The translations under genes were made by a program, and so were the position numbers. From NCBI GenBank assembly GCA_963662435.1, contig OY759598.1, positions 2,698,507 to 2,762,506 of the forward strand: a stretch of DNA of 64,000 nucleotides, in the 5' to 3' direction. The notes under the pieces were generated by a model. That model was not told the origin of the DNA. It did no database searches and worked only from the letters and a program-made list of their open reading frames with translations. Shown here in pieces: positions 31,037 through 39,989 of this stretch. How positions within the stretch are numbered: position 1 is the stretch's first letter; each line of letters begins with the position of its first letter. This DNA is from Dehalococcoidia bacterium. Its GTDB lineage: Bacteria > Chloroflexota > Dehalococcoidia > Lucifugimonadales > VXLM01.

Positions 31037-31054
31037 GGATCTCCTGCTACTCGA

Positions 31055-31930
31055 TTATTCCGTCCATCTTGTCGGTGCGCTCCTGTGCTGACCGAAGCCC
31101 AGCTTGTCGCACATGTTCGCGTAAGCCGCTTGTAGAGCCCCCTTCCACTCGAGGTCGTCAAGGCTCTCGGTGAGCGGCACATCGAGCCGGAGCGTAGCCA
31201 ACTCCTTGTAGAGCGCCGCGTCGCCGCGACGTTCGGCAAGGGTAGTTGCCATGCTCTTTGCGCCTCGCACCTTGACGTCCCACAGCAGCTCGCTGTCGGG
31301 AATGGACTCGATGGCGCCGTACCGCGCAAGCAACGTCGAGGCGCTCTTCGCGCCCCAGCGTGGCACGCCCGGTATTCCGTCCGCACTGTCGCCGACCAGC
31401 GCAAGGTAGTCGGGAATCGACTCCGGCGGTACCCCGAACTTCTCCACCACGCCAGCCTCGTCCGTCAGTATCTCCCTGCGACGGTCGAGGCTCACGATCT
31501 TGTCGCCCCGGACGACCTGCATCAGGTCCTTATCCGGCGAGCAAATGACGACCTGCTCGACTCGTGGGTCGTCCGCGAACCGCACCGCGGCGGTTGCGAT
31601 GGCGTCGTCCGCCTCGTACTCGACCATCGGCCAAGTCACGATTCCGAGCGCCTCCGTCGCGATTTCGGCAGGATCGAACTGCTCCAGCAGCTCTTCGGAA
31701 GTCCCCTCGCCCGTCTTGTACCCATCGAAGAGCTCGTTACGGAAAGACACAATAACGTGGTCGAACGCGACCGCCACGTGCGTCACATCGTCCTGCCGGA
31801 GCAGCGACAGGAGCGTCTGCAGGAGACCGCGCACGGCCCCCACGCTCCTCCCATCCGGGGACATGGCGGGGAACGCCCCGAAATGCGCCCGGAAGAGCTC
31901 ATACGTCCCGTCTACGAGGTGGATCTTCAT
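31055..31930 (-). CDS. Stand-alone 5'-3' exonuclease / flap endonuclease
   Basis: LVDGTYELFR, YEADD, SPDKDL, LVGDSADGIPGV. Confidence 0.92.
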   Translation of the reverse strand: MKIHLVDGTYELFRAHFGAFPAMSPDGRSVGAVRGLLQTLLSLLRQDDVTHVAVAFDHVIVSFRNELFDGYKTGEGTSEELLEQFDPAEIATEALGIVTWPMVEYEADDAIATAAVRFADDPRVEQVVICSPDKDLMQVVRGDKIVSLDRRREILTDEAGVVEKFGVPPESIPDYLALVGDSADGIPGVPRWGAKSASTLLARYGAIESIPDSELLWDVKVRGAKSMATTLAERRGDAALYKELATLRLDVPLTESLDDLEWKGALQAAYANMCDKLGFGQHRSAPTRWTE

Positions 31931-32769
31931 CCTTCAAAGTCCCCGATGGTGCGAAGATATCGAGCGTTCTCGGTGATCGCCGCCTTGGGCCCGCCTTCAA
32001 CCCCAGCGGAGGCCTGGTGCACGGTAACGTATCCTTCGTAGCCGATCTCGCCCAGTGCATCCATGATATGCGGAAAGTCGATCCCCCGCCCGTCCCATAT
32101 CGGGACCTGGTCAAACTCGACACGTCCGGCGTTCCAAGTCTCCACAACCGTATCGCCGCCCCGCTTGATGACCTGGTTCTGTAGGTACACGTTCATCAGA
32201 TATGGCTCGAACATCCTGATCGTATCGCCCCGGTAGTCCTCGCCGCACAACTGCAGGTTCGCGGGCTCGTAGATGATGCCGAAGTTTGAGCGGTCAACTC
32301 GGCGTAAGACCTCCACCGACCCATCCGCAAGCTCGAATAGGCTGTTGTGGTGACTCTGGTGGGCGAGGCGGATGCTTCGTTCCGCCGCCTCGTCCGATGC
32401 TCGCTGCGCCCATACGATATCGTCGTCGTTCTTCATGCAGATGCGGAGCAGTTCGCAGTCGAGCGCCTCGGCCAGATCGAGGTACGGCGTGATATTCCGA
32501 AGGGCGTCGGGTCCGCGCTCGTTGTTTTCCGGGATCGGAAAGTCGCCCGTCGCCATCGAGACCGCAAGGCCAAGCGACTCCAGGAACGCCCGCTTCTCAC
32601 GAACGATCTCCAGGGGCGTCTGCGTGCCGACCTGCGACGCTCGCATGCAGACGGCCTGGAACCCGCTGACTTTGGCCATCTGCGCCATGTCCTCCAGCGA
32701 CAGGGCAGCCTTGCGCTTGTCGAACATGTCCTCGGCGACGCGCATGGAGACGGAGAGCTTCATCGGCAT
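31927..32769 (-). CDS. Sugar-phosphate isomerase/epimerase (xylose-isomerase-like TIM barrel)
   Basis: NFGIIYEPAN, GRGIDF, IGYEGYVTV; start 32769 or 32763. Confidence 0.75.
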   Translation of the reverse strand: MPMKLSVSMRVAEDMFDKRKAALSLEDMAQMAKVSGFQAVCMRASQVGTQTPLEIVREKRAFLESLGLAVSMATGDFPIPENNERGPDALRNITPYLDLAEALDCELLRICMKNDDDIVWAQRASDEAAERSIRLAHQSHHNSLFELADGSVEVLRRVDRSNFGIIYEPANLQLCGEDYRGDTIRMFEPYLMNVYLQNQVIKRGGDTVVETWNAGRVEFDQVPIWDGRGIDFPHIMDALGEIGYEGYVTVHQASAGVEGGPKAAITENARYLRTIGDFEG

Positions 32770-32783
32770 ACCAAGCGAGCCTC

Positions 32784-33785
32784 CTACAGTTCCAGCGCAC
32801 CGCTGTGACCGCGGCGGATGGCTTCGCACAGCTTCATGGTGATGACCGCGTCATTCAGATTCGACCAAGGCGTGCGGTCTTCCAATATGCAATCTACGAA
32901 GTGAGTCACCTCGTTGAAGCCGGTGCCACCGACCGCGTCGAGATCGAGAGGCCCCTCGACCGGCGCCCCGACCTCTCTCCGTGGGTTGTCCTCAACCGAA
33001 CGGAGAATCTCGACCTTTCGCCCTCTCGTCAGGTCGAGATAGGCCGAGAAGTCCTGCGCATGAATTTCAGCGCGCTGGATGCGCCCTCCGACGCCGTACT
33101 GGCTCATGATCGAACCGATTGCGCCGGTGTCGAAACGGATAACCGCGTTCTGCCTATGCTCCACGGGACGCGGCCCGTCCGCAACGACTGAGTGGACCTC
33201 GGTCGGAATGGCGGCTTTGTCCTCAGAAGGGCCCGCTAACCAACGCAGCAGGTCGACGTGGTGGATGGCGTCGGAAATTATCGGCGGAGGCAGCAGCGAG
33301 TCGAATCGCTCCGGAATGCCGGTGAGTCCCTTGTGATATACGGCCCCGCAGTTCACCGTCCCGCCGTGCTCCAGGGCGAGCCGCCGCACGGCCAGTACTT
33401 CGGGGTAGTACCGTCGATTGAGCGACACGATGGCCTTTGCGCCGCTCACGGCCTCCGCATCGGCCATGTCTTGCGTTTCCATCGAGTTACTGCCCGGCGA
33501 TTTCTCAACCGAGACGTTGATGTCGCGTTCAAGGCAGTCGAGGACGATGGCCTTCAGATGCGCGGGCATCGTGACGACGTGGACGATGTCGAGGTTGTGC
33601 TCGTCGAGCATCCTGCGGTAGTCGGAATATCCGGGTACCGACCACGTCTGCGCCACCTCCGCCCGTCGTCCGTCGTCGAGTTCAGCGAGGGCCACAAGGC
33701 GGACCCGCGACTCGGCGGCGATCATCTCGAAGTGGCTGCGGGCGTGCCCGCCGCATCCGATCACGCCAACACGCAACTCATCCAT
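32784..33785 (-). CDS. Gfo/Idh/MocA family oxidoreductase
   Basis: VGVIGCGG, VEKSP, NRRY, DAIHHVDL. Confidence 0.9.
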   Translation of the reverse strand: MDELRVGVIGCGGHARSHFEMIAAESRVRLVALAELDDGRRAEVAQTWSVPGYSDYRRMLDEHNLDIVHVVTMPAHLKAIVLDCLERDINVSVEKSPGSNSMETQDMADAEAVSGAKAIVSLNRRYYPEVLAVRRLALEHGGTVNCGAVYHKGLTGIPERFDSLLPPPIISDAIHHVDLLRWLAGPSEDKAAIPTEVHSVVADGPRPVEHRQNAVIRFDTGAIGSIMSQYGVGGRIQRAEIHAQDFSAYLDLTRGRKVEILRSVEDNPRREVGAPVEGPLDLDAVGGTGFNEVTHFVDCILEDRTPWSNLNDAVITMKLCEAIRRGHSGALEL

Positions 33786-33794
33786 CTCGTGCTC

Positions 33795-34004
33795 CTATTC
33801 GATGACGCGGACTACGAGCCGAAAACGCCTCATCCCGCACGAGGCCCGAAGCTCCTCAAAGCTCAAAACCTCCGCCTGCTTCCACTTCTGCCCGTTCTCG
33901 AGGATATCTCCGACCGTCGGCTCGACCCGCCCGTCTTTGCAATATATCTGTCCGAGTGGGGCCCCATCTTCCGATACGAGGAACCACGACGCGGATTCGT
34001 TCAT
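33795..34004 (-). CDS. Small hypothetical protein
   Basis: 69-aa ORF ending 10 bp before the next gene. Confidence 0.55.
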   Translation of the reverse strand: MNESASWFLVSEDGAPLGQIYCKDGRVEPTVGDILENGQKWKQAEVLSFEELRASCGMRRFRLVVRVIE

Positions 34005-34213
34005 CGTCTTGACGTTACCCTTCCAGCATCCAAGATTCTTACCCCTGCATTATGTCATGTCCGAAGGCGACATTGTACTGACGAGGTACCTCTGAGACAT
34101 TCCGCCAAGAAACACCGTGTTCCCCCGACTGTACGAACGCAAGAACACCCCTTATCATTACCTCTCAGCAACCACGCCTACCCAGTGCTTTCTCCCCTCT
34201 ACTTAAAACTCCC

Positions 34214-35605
34214 ATGACAGCAACACCAGACTGGCAAACTATAGACAGATGGCTGATGGGCGAGGCGTTCGTCGGCTCCAGGCTCGACGAGCACCTCTAC
34301 GAGATCTGCGAGCGAATCGGCCCGCGCTGGGCGGGCACGCCCGGCGATGAGGCGGCGGCGCGGTACATCAAGGACCGGTTCGAAGAGTTCAGTCTCAGCG
34401 ACCCGCGATTGGAAGAGTTCGATCTCAAGGCGTGGGACTACTCAGTCTGCGAGGGCCGCATCGTGGAGGACGACAGGCCAATCTGGCTCGTTCCCATGAT
34501 CCACTGCCCGCCGGTCGACCTCAGCGCCCCACTTGTCGATGTCGGTTTTGGAATGCCGCACGAGATCGAGTCTTGCGCGGACAACCTGCCGGGGAGTATC
34601 GCGATAGTCGAGAACGGCGACGAGCCATTCACCAATCAGATTCCGCTACCTGACCGGCTGCGGGCACTCGCGGCTGCAGGATGCGTGGCCGCCATAGCGG
34701 TTGAGCCGACGGCCGGAGGCCACGTCGAGACCGTTCGCGCCACGGACAAGCGGTGGAACGAGAAGGCGGGCGATGTCCTACCCCACCCATTGCCGACGGT
34801 ACAGACGAACCGGGAGGACGGGGTCAGGCTTCGTCGGGCTGCCGGCAACACCTTCGCGCTGCGCGTCGAGAGCAGGTCGTTCACCGCGCCGTGCAACAAC
34901 ACCGTCGCCGACCTTCCCGGAGCGGAATGGCCCGGCGAGTCGCTCGTGCTTGGCGCTCATCAAGACACCTACATGTGTTCGCCAGGCGCAGTGGACGACG
35001 GTTCAGGGCTGGTTGTCCTACTGGAGACCGCGCGCCTTCTTACCGGTGTGCAGAGGGAATTTGGCATAGCCCCTGGCATGGGCATCCGCTTCTGTACGTG
35101 GAGCGGCGAGGAGCAGAACCACCAGGGTTCCGCCGCCTACGTTCGCCGGCACTACGGCCCCGAACCTGAACCAAGATTCGTTGTGAACCTGGATGAGCTA
35201 TCGGCCGGCCCGATGAAGGGCGTCGTCCTGCAGTTTCCCCACCTGCGGGGACTCGTGCAGCGGACCCTCGACGAGTTGAACGAAGGCCTCAAGTGCCACG
35301 TCATGCCGATGCTCGATCATACGAACGACGGTTTCTCGTTCGCAAGAAGCGCGATACCCTATGCCATCCTCTGGCGTTGGCGGTTTGTCGGACGGCATTC
35401 CGACTCCAACTTCCGTGCGGAACCGTGGGACACCACCGACAAGGTGCTTACGCGCGAGCTGAAGGAATACGTCGGGTATCTCTCGAGGTTCCTCCTCCGG
35501 CTCTCCCACGTGCCGCCCGCCGACTGGCCGCCCAACCCCGAAACGGTGGAGGGCGTCGAGGCCCAACTCCAACGCGAGATCGGCACCGTTGCGCGTACAA
35601 TGTAA
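34214..35605 (+). CDS. M28 family peptidase with a PA-like domain
   Basis: GAHQD, GAVDDGSG, GEEQ, NLD. Confidence 0.85.
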   Translation: MTATPDWQTIDRWLMGEAFVGSRLDEHLYEICERIGPRWAGTPGDEAAARYIKDRFEEFSLSDPRLEEFDLKAWDYSVCEGRIVEDDRPIWLVPMIHCPPVDLSAPLVDVGFGMPHEIESCADNLPGSIAIVENGDEPFTNQIPLPDRLRALAAAGCVAAIAVEPTAGGHVETVRATDKRWNEKAGDVLPHPLPTVQTNREDGVRLRRAAGNTFALRVESRSFTAPCNNTVADLPGAEWPGESLVLGAHQDTYMCSPGAVDDGSGLVVLLETARLLTGVQREFGIAPGMGIRFCTWSGEEQNHQGSAAYVRRHYGPEPEPRFVVNLDELSAGPMKGVVLQFPHLRGLVQRTLDELNEGLKCHVMPMLDHTNDGFSFARSAIPYAILWRWRFVGRHSDSNFRAEPWDTTDKVLTRELKEYVGYLSRFLLRLSHVPPADWPPNPETVEGVEAQLQREIGTVARTM

Positions 35606-35648
35606 CGTGTGACCACCTGAATGACGTCACCCTGAAGGAGACCCCCTC

Positions 35649-36113
35649 TTGATCTACGACATGCGCACGTACGACATCGCGATGGGCAAGACCCCGGAGT
35701 ACATGGCGGCAGTCCGTGAGATAGCCCTGCCGGTTCGCGAGGGCTACGGCATCAAGCTGGCTGGCTGGTACTACACCGATGTCGGTGCGCTGAACCGTGT
35801 CGTCCACATCTGGGCCTACCGCGACTACGCGCATTTCGAAGAGGCGCGAGAGGCATTTCGCACCGACGAACGTTGGGTTAACGACTACGTGCCGCGCGTA
35901 AAGGGCATCGTCCTCCGGCAGGAGAACCAGCTCATGCTCGCCTCTGACTTCTTCGAGGCCATCCTGACGCAGGCGGACGCGGAGGACTGCGACGACACGG
36001 AAGCAGAACCCGAGGACAGCGACTCAGGCGTTGACGACGGTGATGACGCCGAAGCAGCCTCCGTCGACACGGAAGAGACTGAGTCCGACGAGGAAACACC
36101 CGAGTCGAATTAG
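35649..36113 (+). CDS. NIPSNAP family protein with an acidic C-terminal tail
   Basis: IYDMRTY..., GALNRVVHIWAY; AAGGAG RBS. Confidence 0.88.
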   Translation: MIYDMRTYDIAMGKTPEYMAAVREIALPVREGYGIKLAGWYYTDVGALNRVVHIWAYRDYAHFEEAREAFRTDERWVNDYVPRVKGIVLRQENQLMLASDFFEAILTQADAEDCDDTEAEPEDSDSGVDDGDDAEAASVDTEETESDEETPESN

Positions 36114-37240
36114 CCGGACGCGACCTCGCGGAACCGGCGAACTATCGCCTCGTCCTCGCCTTCCATGAGATTCACGGGGCTGAGTCCCAGCGCTCGTCCG
36201 TGCTCGCCCGGGTAGCAGTATACCGGCGGATCGCCCTGCTTCAAAGCCTCTTCTAAGTCTGCAATATTGAGGCCGGAGTCGTCTTCCACATAGACGTAGA
36301 CCCTCGGAGTCGCGCTCTCGAACTCGTCGAGCTCAGGCCTCGCGGGGAAGTACACGGCACGCAGGCCGGGGATGCGTCCGATCTCCGACGTCATGTTCTC
36401 GCACATGGCGACCCAGCGGGCCAACTCCGCCTCATGGTCTGTGTCCACGAACAACTCGAGTGCCGTGACCAGTCCGGCGATCTCTTCCTTGCACACCTTT
36501 GCCGTCCTGCCGATACCCTGATTCGGCGCGCCGTTCATGGAGGCAGCCTCGATGAGGTCCGCACGTCCGCACAGGATGCCGGTCGACTGCGGGCCAAGGA
36601 CGCCCTTGCCACCGCTGAAACTGACCATGTCGGCGCCCATGTCGACGTAGCGATTGAGGTTCTCCGGAGGGGGCAGCATGGCTGCCGCGTCGACGATAAC
36701 GGGCACGCCGCGTGCGTGTGCGATCTCGACGACCCTCGTCAGTGGAATGGAGCTACCCTGGTTCACCGCGAAGATGTACGCCACGGCTGCAGTGCGCTCG
36801 TTAATGGCTGCCTCAAGCTCCCACTCGAAGGCGCCGCCGGAGTCACCGATCTCGACCAGCTTGGCACCCGCCGCGCGGAAGCAGCGGTCGTACGTTACGC
36901 GCTGGAAGCGATGAATGACGATCTCGTTCTTCATGCCCGTGGTGTCGGGCAGGCGGTCGACCTTCGCGGGATCGTCGCGCGTCATGCAGGCAGCAGCCTC
37001 GAGAAGCATTCCAGCCGCCGAGCCCGCCGTTACGAGCCCGGCCTCAGCTCCGGTCAGCCGCGCGATCGTCTCCCCTGCCCGCGCGTTCAGCTCCCCGAGG
37101 TCGACGAACCACTGCGCCGCCTCGTCCATTGCACGCCGAACGGGAGGCGGCATGATGCTTCCTCCCACGTTGGTCCTCCAGGATGAGGCGTTAATGATTC
37201 TCCGAACTCCAAGTCTCTCGTAAACGTTTTCGCCGGGCAT
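36110..37240 (-). CDS. SelA-like / DgaE family PLP-dependent enzyme
   Basis: LGVRRIINA, VIVDAAA, FSGGKGVLGPQSTG, GIGRTAKVCKEEI. Confidence 0.85.
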   Translation of the reverse strand: MPGENVYERLGVRRIINASSWRTNVGGSIMPPPVRRAMDEAAQWFVDLGELNARAGETIARLTGAEAGLVTAGSAAGMLLEAAACMTRDDPAKVDRLPDTTGMKNEIVIHRFQRVTYDRCFRAAGAKLVEIGDSGGAFEWELEAAINERTAAVAYIFAVNQGSSIPLTRVVEIAHARGVPVIVDAAAMLPPPENLNRYVDMGADMVSFSGGKGVLGPQSTGILCGRADLIEAASMNGAPNQGIGRTAKVCKEEIAGLVTALELFVDTDHEAELARWVAMCENMTSEIGRIPGLRAVYFPARPELDEFESATPRVYVYVEDDSGLNIADLEEALKQGDPPVYCYPGEHGRALGLSPVNLMEGEDEAIVRRFREVASG

Positions 37241-37291
37241 TTTTGAATAGGACTCCTAATCGTGGAAATAGTGGGCGGGTGCGCAGCCTTG

Positions 37292-37651
37292 CTAGGCAGC
37301 CGGCTTTCCCCAGATGATCACCAGCTTCAAGAGACCGTCTCCCGTGTTGCGGAACCCGTGATCGATGCCCGGAGGCACCATGATCGAGTCCCCTGCCGCG
37401 ATGGGCACGTCCTCCCCCTCGACCGACATGACGCCCTTGCCTTCGAGGAAGTAGTAGATCTCCTCCAATTCCCCATCCCCCTCGTGCGTATGGTCACCCT
37501 CGGTCACACCGGGTTCAAGCTCCCACACTTCCATGCGGATCGGCAGCTTACTCTGCTCACGGAACATGCTTCGCCGGAGGATGACTCCATCGCCCTCGTG
37601 AATGTTCGGAGTTTCGTGGACGTCCGACATCTCGTTCTGCTTGACGTACAT
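37292..37651 (-). CDS. Cupin domain protein
   Basis: HTH...EEIYYFLEGKG, GD....PPGIDHGFRN; start at ATG 37651. Confidence 0.88.
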   Translation of the reverse strand: MYVKQNEMSDVHETPNIHEGDGVILRRSMFREQSKLPIRMEVWELEPGVTEGDHTHEGDGELEEIYYFLEGKGVMSVEGEDVPIAAGDSIMVPPGIDHGFRNTGDGLLKLVIIWGKPAA

Positions 37652-37771
37652 GGCGCTCTCTCGCTTCGCGGTTTTTCGCCCAGCATTGTACCCGAAACCG
37701 AGCGGCTTGCGTGACCGTGCCTGCGCGGCGAAAATACCATACTCGCGCCAAACTACCGAAAGACGTGCGCT

Positions 37772-38818
37772 GTGCCGACAATCGACGACCTGACCCTCGA
37801 CGCCTACAACTACGATCTTCCTCAGGAACTGATCGCCCAAACGCCGATAGAGCCGCGTGACAGCTCCCGGCTCATGGTCGTGAACCGGGCGGAACGGCAG
37901 TTCGAGCACCGTGTCTTTATCGACCTGCTCGAATATCTCCGCCCAGGCGACGTGATGGTGTTCAACGATAGCCGGGTGTTCCCGGCTCGAATGTACGGCG
38001 TCCGTACGGACACCGGAGCGAAGATCGAGCTCCTGCTGCTCCATCGCCGCTCGCCCGGCGTCTGGCACACACTTGCAAAGCCGGGACGACGGATGACGCC
38101 CGGCACGGCATTCGAGCTGCGAGGCGGCACGGTTTCAGTCGATGGCGAGGTCCTGGAAGCCCACGACGACGGTTCTCGCACCGTCCGGCTCAGCGACGAA
38201 GACCGCCTCGAGGAGATCGGGGTCGTACCGCTGCCTCCTTACATCCACGAGCCGCTTGAGGACTCCGAACGGTACCAGACGGTCTACGCCCGCGAGCGAG
38301 GCAGTGTCGCCGCGCCCACGGCGGGCCTGCACGTTACGCCAAGTCTCTTGGAGAAGATTCGTCGACACGGCGTCGAGACGGCTTTTGTCACGCTGCACGT
38401 CGGCTGGGCAACATTCCGCCCCGTCCAGGTCGAGGTCGTTACCGACCACGACATGCACGCCGAGTCCTACCACGTTGGCAAGGAGAGCGCGGAAGCGATC
38501 AACCGGGCCAAGCGCGAGGGGCGGCGGGTGATAGCCGTGGGAACGACCACCGTCCGGTTGCTGGAGTATGCTGCTGGCTTAGGTGGTGGCTCGGATTCGG
38601 TCCAGGTAGGTTCGGGTTGGGCTGATATCTTCATCTACCCCGGCTACGAGTTCCGGGTGGTGGATGCCCTCGTCACCAACTTCCACCTGCCCGAGTCGAC
38701 CTTGCTCATGTTGGTCAGCGCCTTCGCCGACCGTGAGCTCATGCTCGCGGCGTACCGGGAGGCCGTCGACCGGCGATATCGTTTCTACAGCTTTGGGGAC
38801 GCGATGGTGATTCTCTAG
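37772..38818 (+). CDS. queA: S-adenosylmethionine:tRNA ribosyltransferase-isomerase
   Basis: YDLPQELIAQ, PLPPYI, AAPTAGLH, TNFHLPEST, YRFYSFGDAM. Confidence 0.97.
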   Translation: MPTIDDLTLDAYNYDLPQELIAQTPIEPRDSSRLMVVNRAERQFEHRVFIDLLEYLRPGDVMVFNDSRVFPARMYGVRTDTGAKIELLLLHRRSPGVWHTLAKPGRRMTPGTAFELRGGTVSVDGEVLEAHDDGSRTVRLSDEDRLEEIGVVPLPPYIHEPLEDSERYQTVYARERGSVAAPTAGLHVTPSLLEKIRRHGVETAFVTLHVGWATFRPVQVEVVTDHDMHAESYHVGKESAEAINRAKREGRRVIAVGTTTVRLLEYAAGLGGGSDSVQVGSGWADIFIYPGYEFRVVDALVTNFHLPESTLLMLVSAFADRELMLAAYREAVDRRYRFYSFGDAMVIL

Positions 38819-38932
38819 GAGGGTGTTTCCGAAGTCCGTGAAACCCGTTCGTGGTGAGCCTGTCGAACCATGAACATCGCCTCGACCCTTCGACAAGCTC
38901 AGGGCGAGCGGACTTGCCTTCTGTCACGCTCT
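38819..38932. repeat. Family-A REP-like doublet with short terminal inverted ends (simplest copy)
   Basis: GAGGGTG...CCGTTCGTGGTGAGCCTGTCGAACCATGAAC...CCCTTCGACAAGCTCAGGGCGAGCGG...CACGCTC. Confidence 0.85.
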
Positions 38933-38965
38933 AAGGGATCACAAGTCAACAGTTGAGATATTACC

Positions 38966-39874
38966 TTACCCCAGCATGGTTCTAAGCAGCGCCATGCGGA
39001 TGAATAGCGAGTTTTCCGCCTGGCGGTAGTTTGCCAGCCGAGGGTCGCTCACGAGGACGTCGAAGTCGCCGCTGCGCTGCATCGGGTCGAGGATGACGGT
39101 TCCGGGTTTGAGCTTCGCCATGAACTCCTCATCGATTCGCAGGTTGAAGGCGCCGCGTGACTTTAGGAGCTGGGCATGGGCGACGGTGCGGGGGCCGTTC
39201 AGGTAGATCGCGTCGGCCTCGGAAAGTGAGTCCACCGTTCCGGTCTCGAACGACACTCCCAGCGCCTCACACTCCGACACCACGTCGGGGTCGGCCTGAC
39301 CGCTGAAGGGGACTTGCGTCACCGTGACTCCCTCATACATCGCCAGACCACGTAGCAGCGCGCTGACGTTGCGTTGATCGAGCCTCCCAACTACGGCAAT
39401 GTGTGCCGCGTCCAATTTGCCGATCTCCCGCTTGAGGGTGTACAGGTCCGTGAGCGCCTGGGTGGGATGGTCTTCGAGGCTCCCGCCGTTAATGAGCGGC
39501 ATCGACTGGGCCTCGGCCTCCTTCTCGGCCCGCTCCATGACCCCCTGATCGCTCGACCGCAGGACGACCATGTCCATGTGCATGGCCGCGAGGTTGGCTA
39601 TAATGTTCTCGATATAGTCCGGCGTGGTCACGGGGAAGAATTGGGAGGCGTCTTCGGTGAAATAGGGCGTGCCGCCGAGCAGTCCCATCGCCCGCTCGAA
39701 CGAGGTCCGGGTCAGGAGGCTTGGCTCGTAGAACAGGAGGTAGAGCGAACGGCCTCGCAGCGCCTGTCCGTCGTCTCTCGTATCTCGAAGGGACTCCGCG
39801 AGCGGGAATAGCTCCGACTCCACCCAAGCCCTGTCCAGTTGCCCTGTCCTCGTAAGGCGCTCGAACCTTCTCAT
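38966..39874 (-). CDS. Aspartate carbamoyltransferase-like protein with a degenerate active site
   Basis: LFYEPSLLTRTSFE, HPTQAL.DLYT, QAENSLFIRMALL; GGAGG RBS. Confidence 0.85.
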   Translation of the reverse strand: MRRFERLTRTGQLDRAWVESELFPLAESLRDTRDDGQALRGRSLYLLFYEPSLLTRTSFERAMGLLGGTPYFTEDASQFFPVTTPDYIENIIANLAAMHMDMVVLRSSDQGVMERAEKEAEAQSMPLINGGSLEDHPTQALTDLYTLKREIGKLDAAHIAVVGRLDQRNVSALLRGLAMYEGVTVTQVPFSGQADPDVVSECEALGVSFETGTVDSLSEADAIYLNGPRTVAHAQLLKSRGAFNLRIDEEFMAKLKPGTVILDPMQRSGDFDVLVSDPRLANYRQAENSLFIRMALLRTMLG

Positions 39875-39989
39875 CGACGATCTTCCTCCGAAATTGCTCT
39901 TACCAGCCTACCACATGACCGCACAATCGAAGGGTTCCGGGTGCTAGGGTCCGGGGGCTGGAAGACCCACACCGACAGTCATTAATTTC

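Noticed and set aside
36110..37240. True selenocysteine synthase SelA
   Set aside because: It is shorter and DgaE-like, and no selB, selC or selD is nearby.
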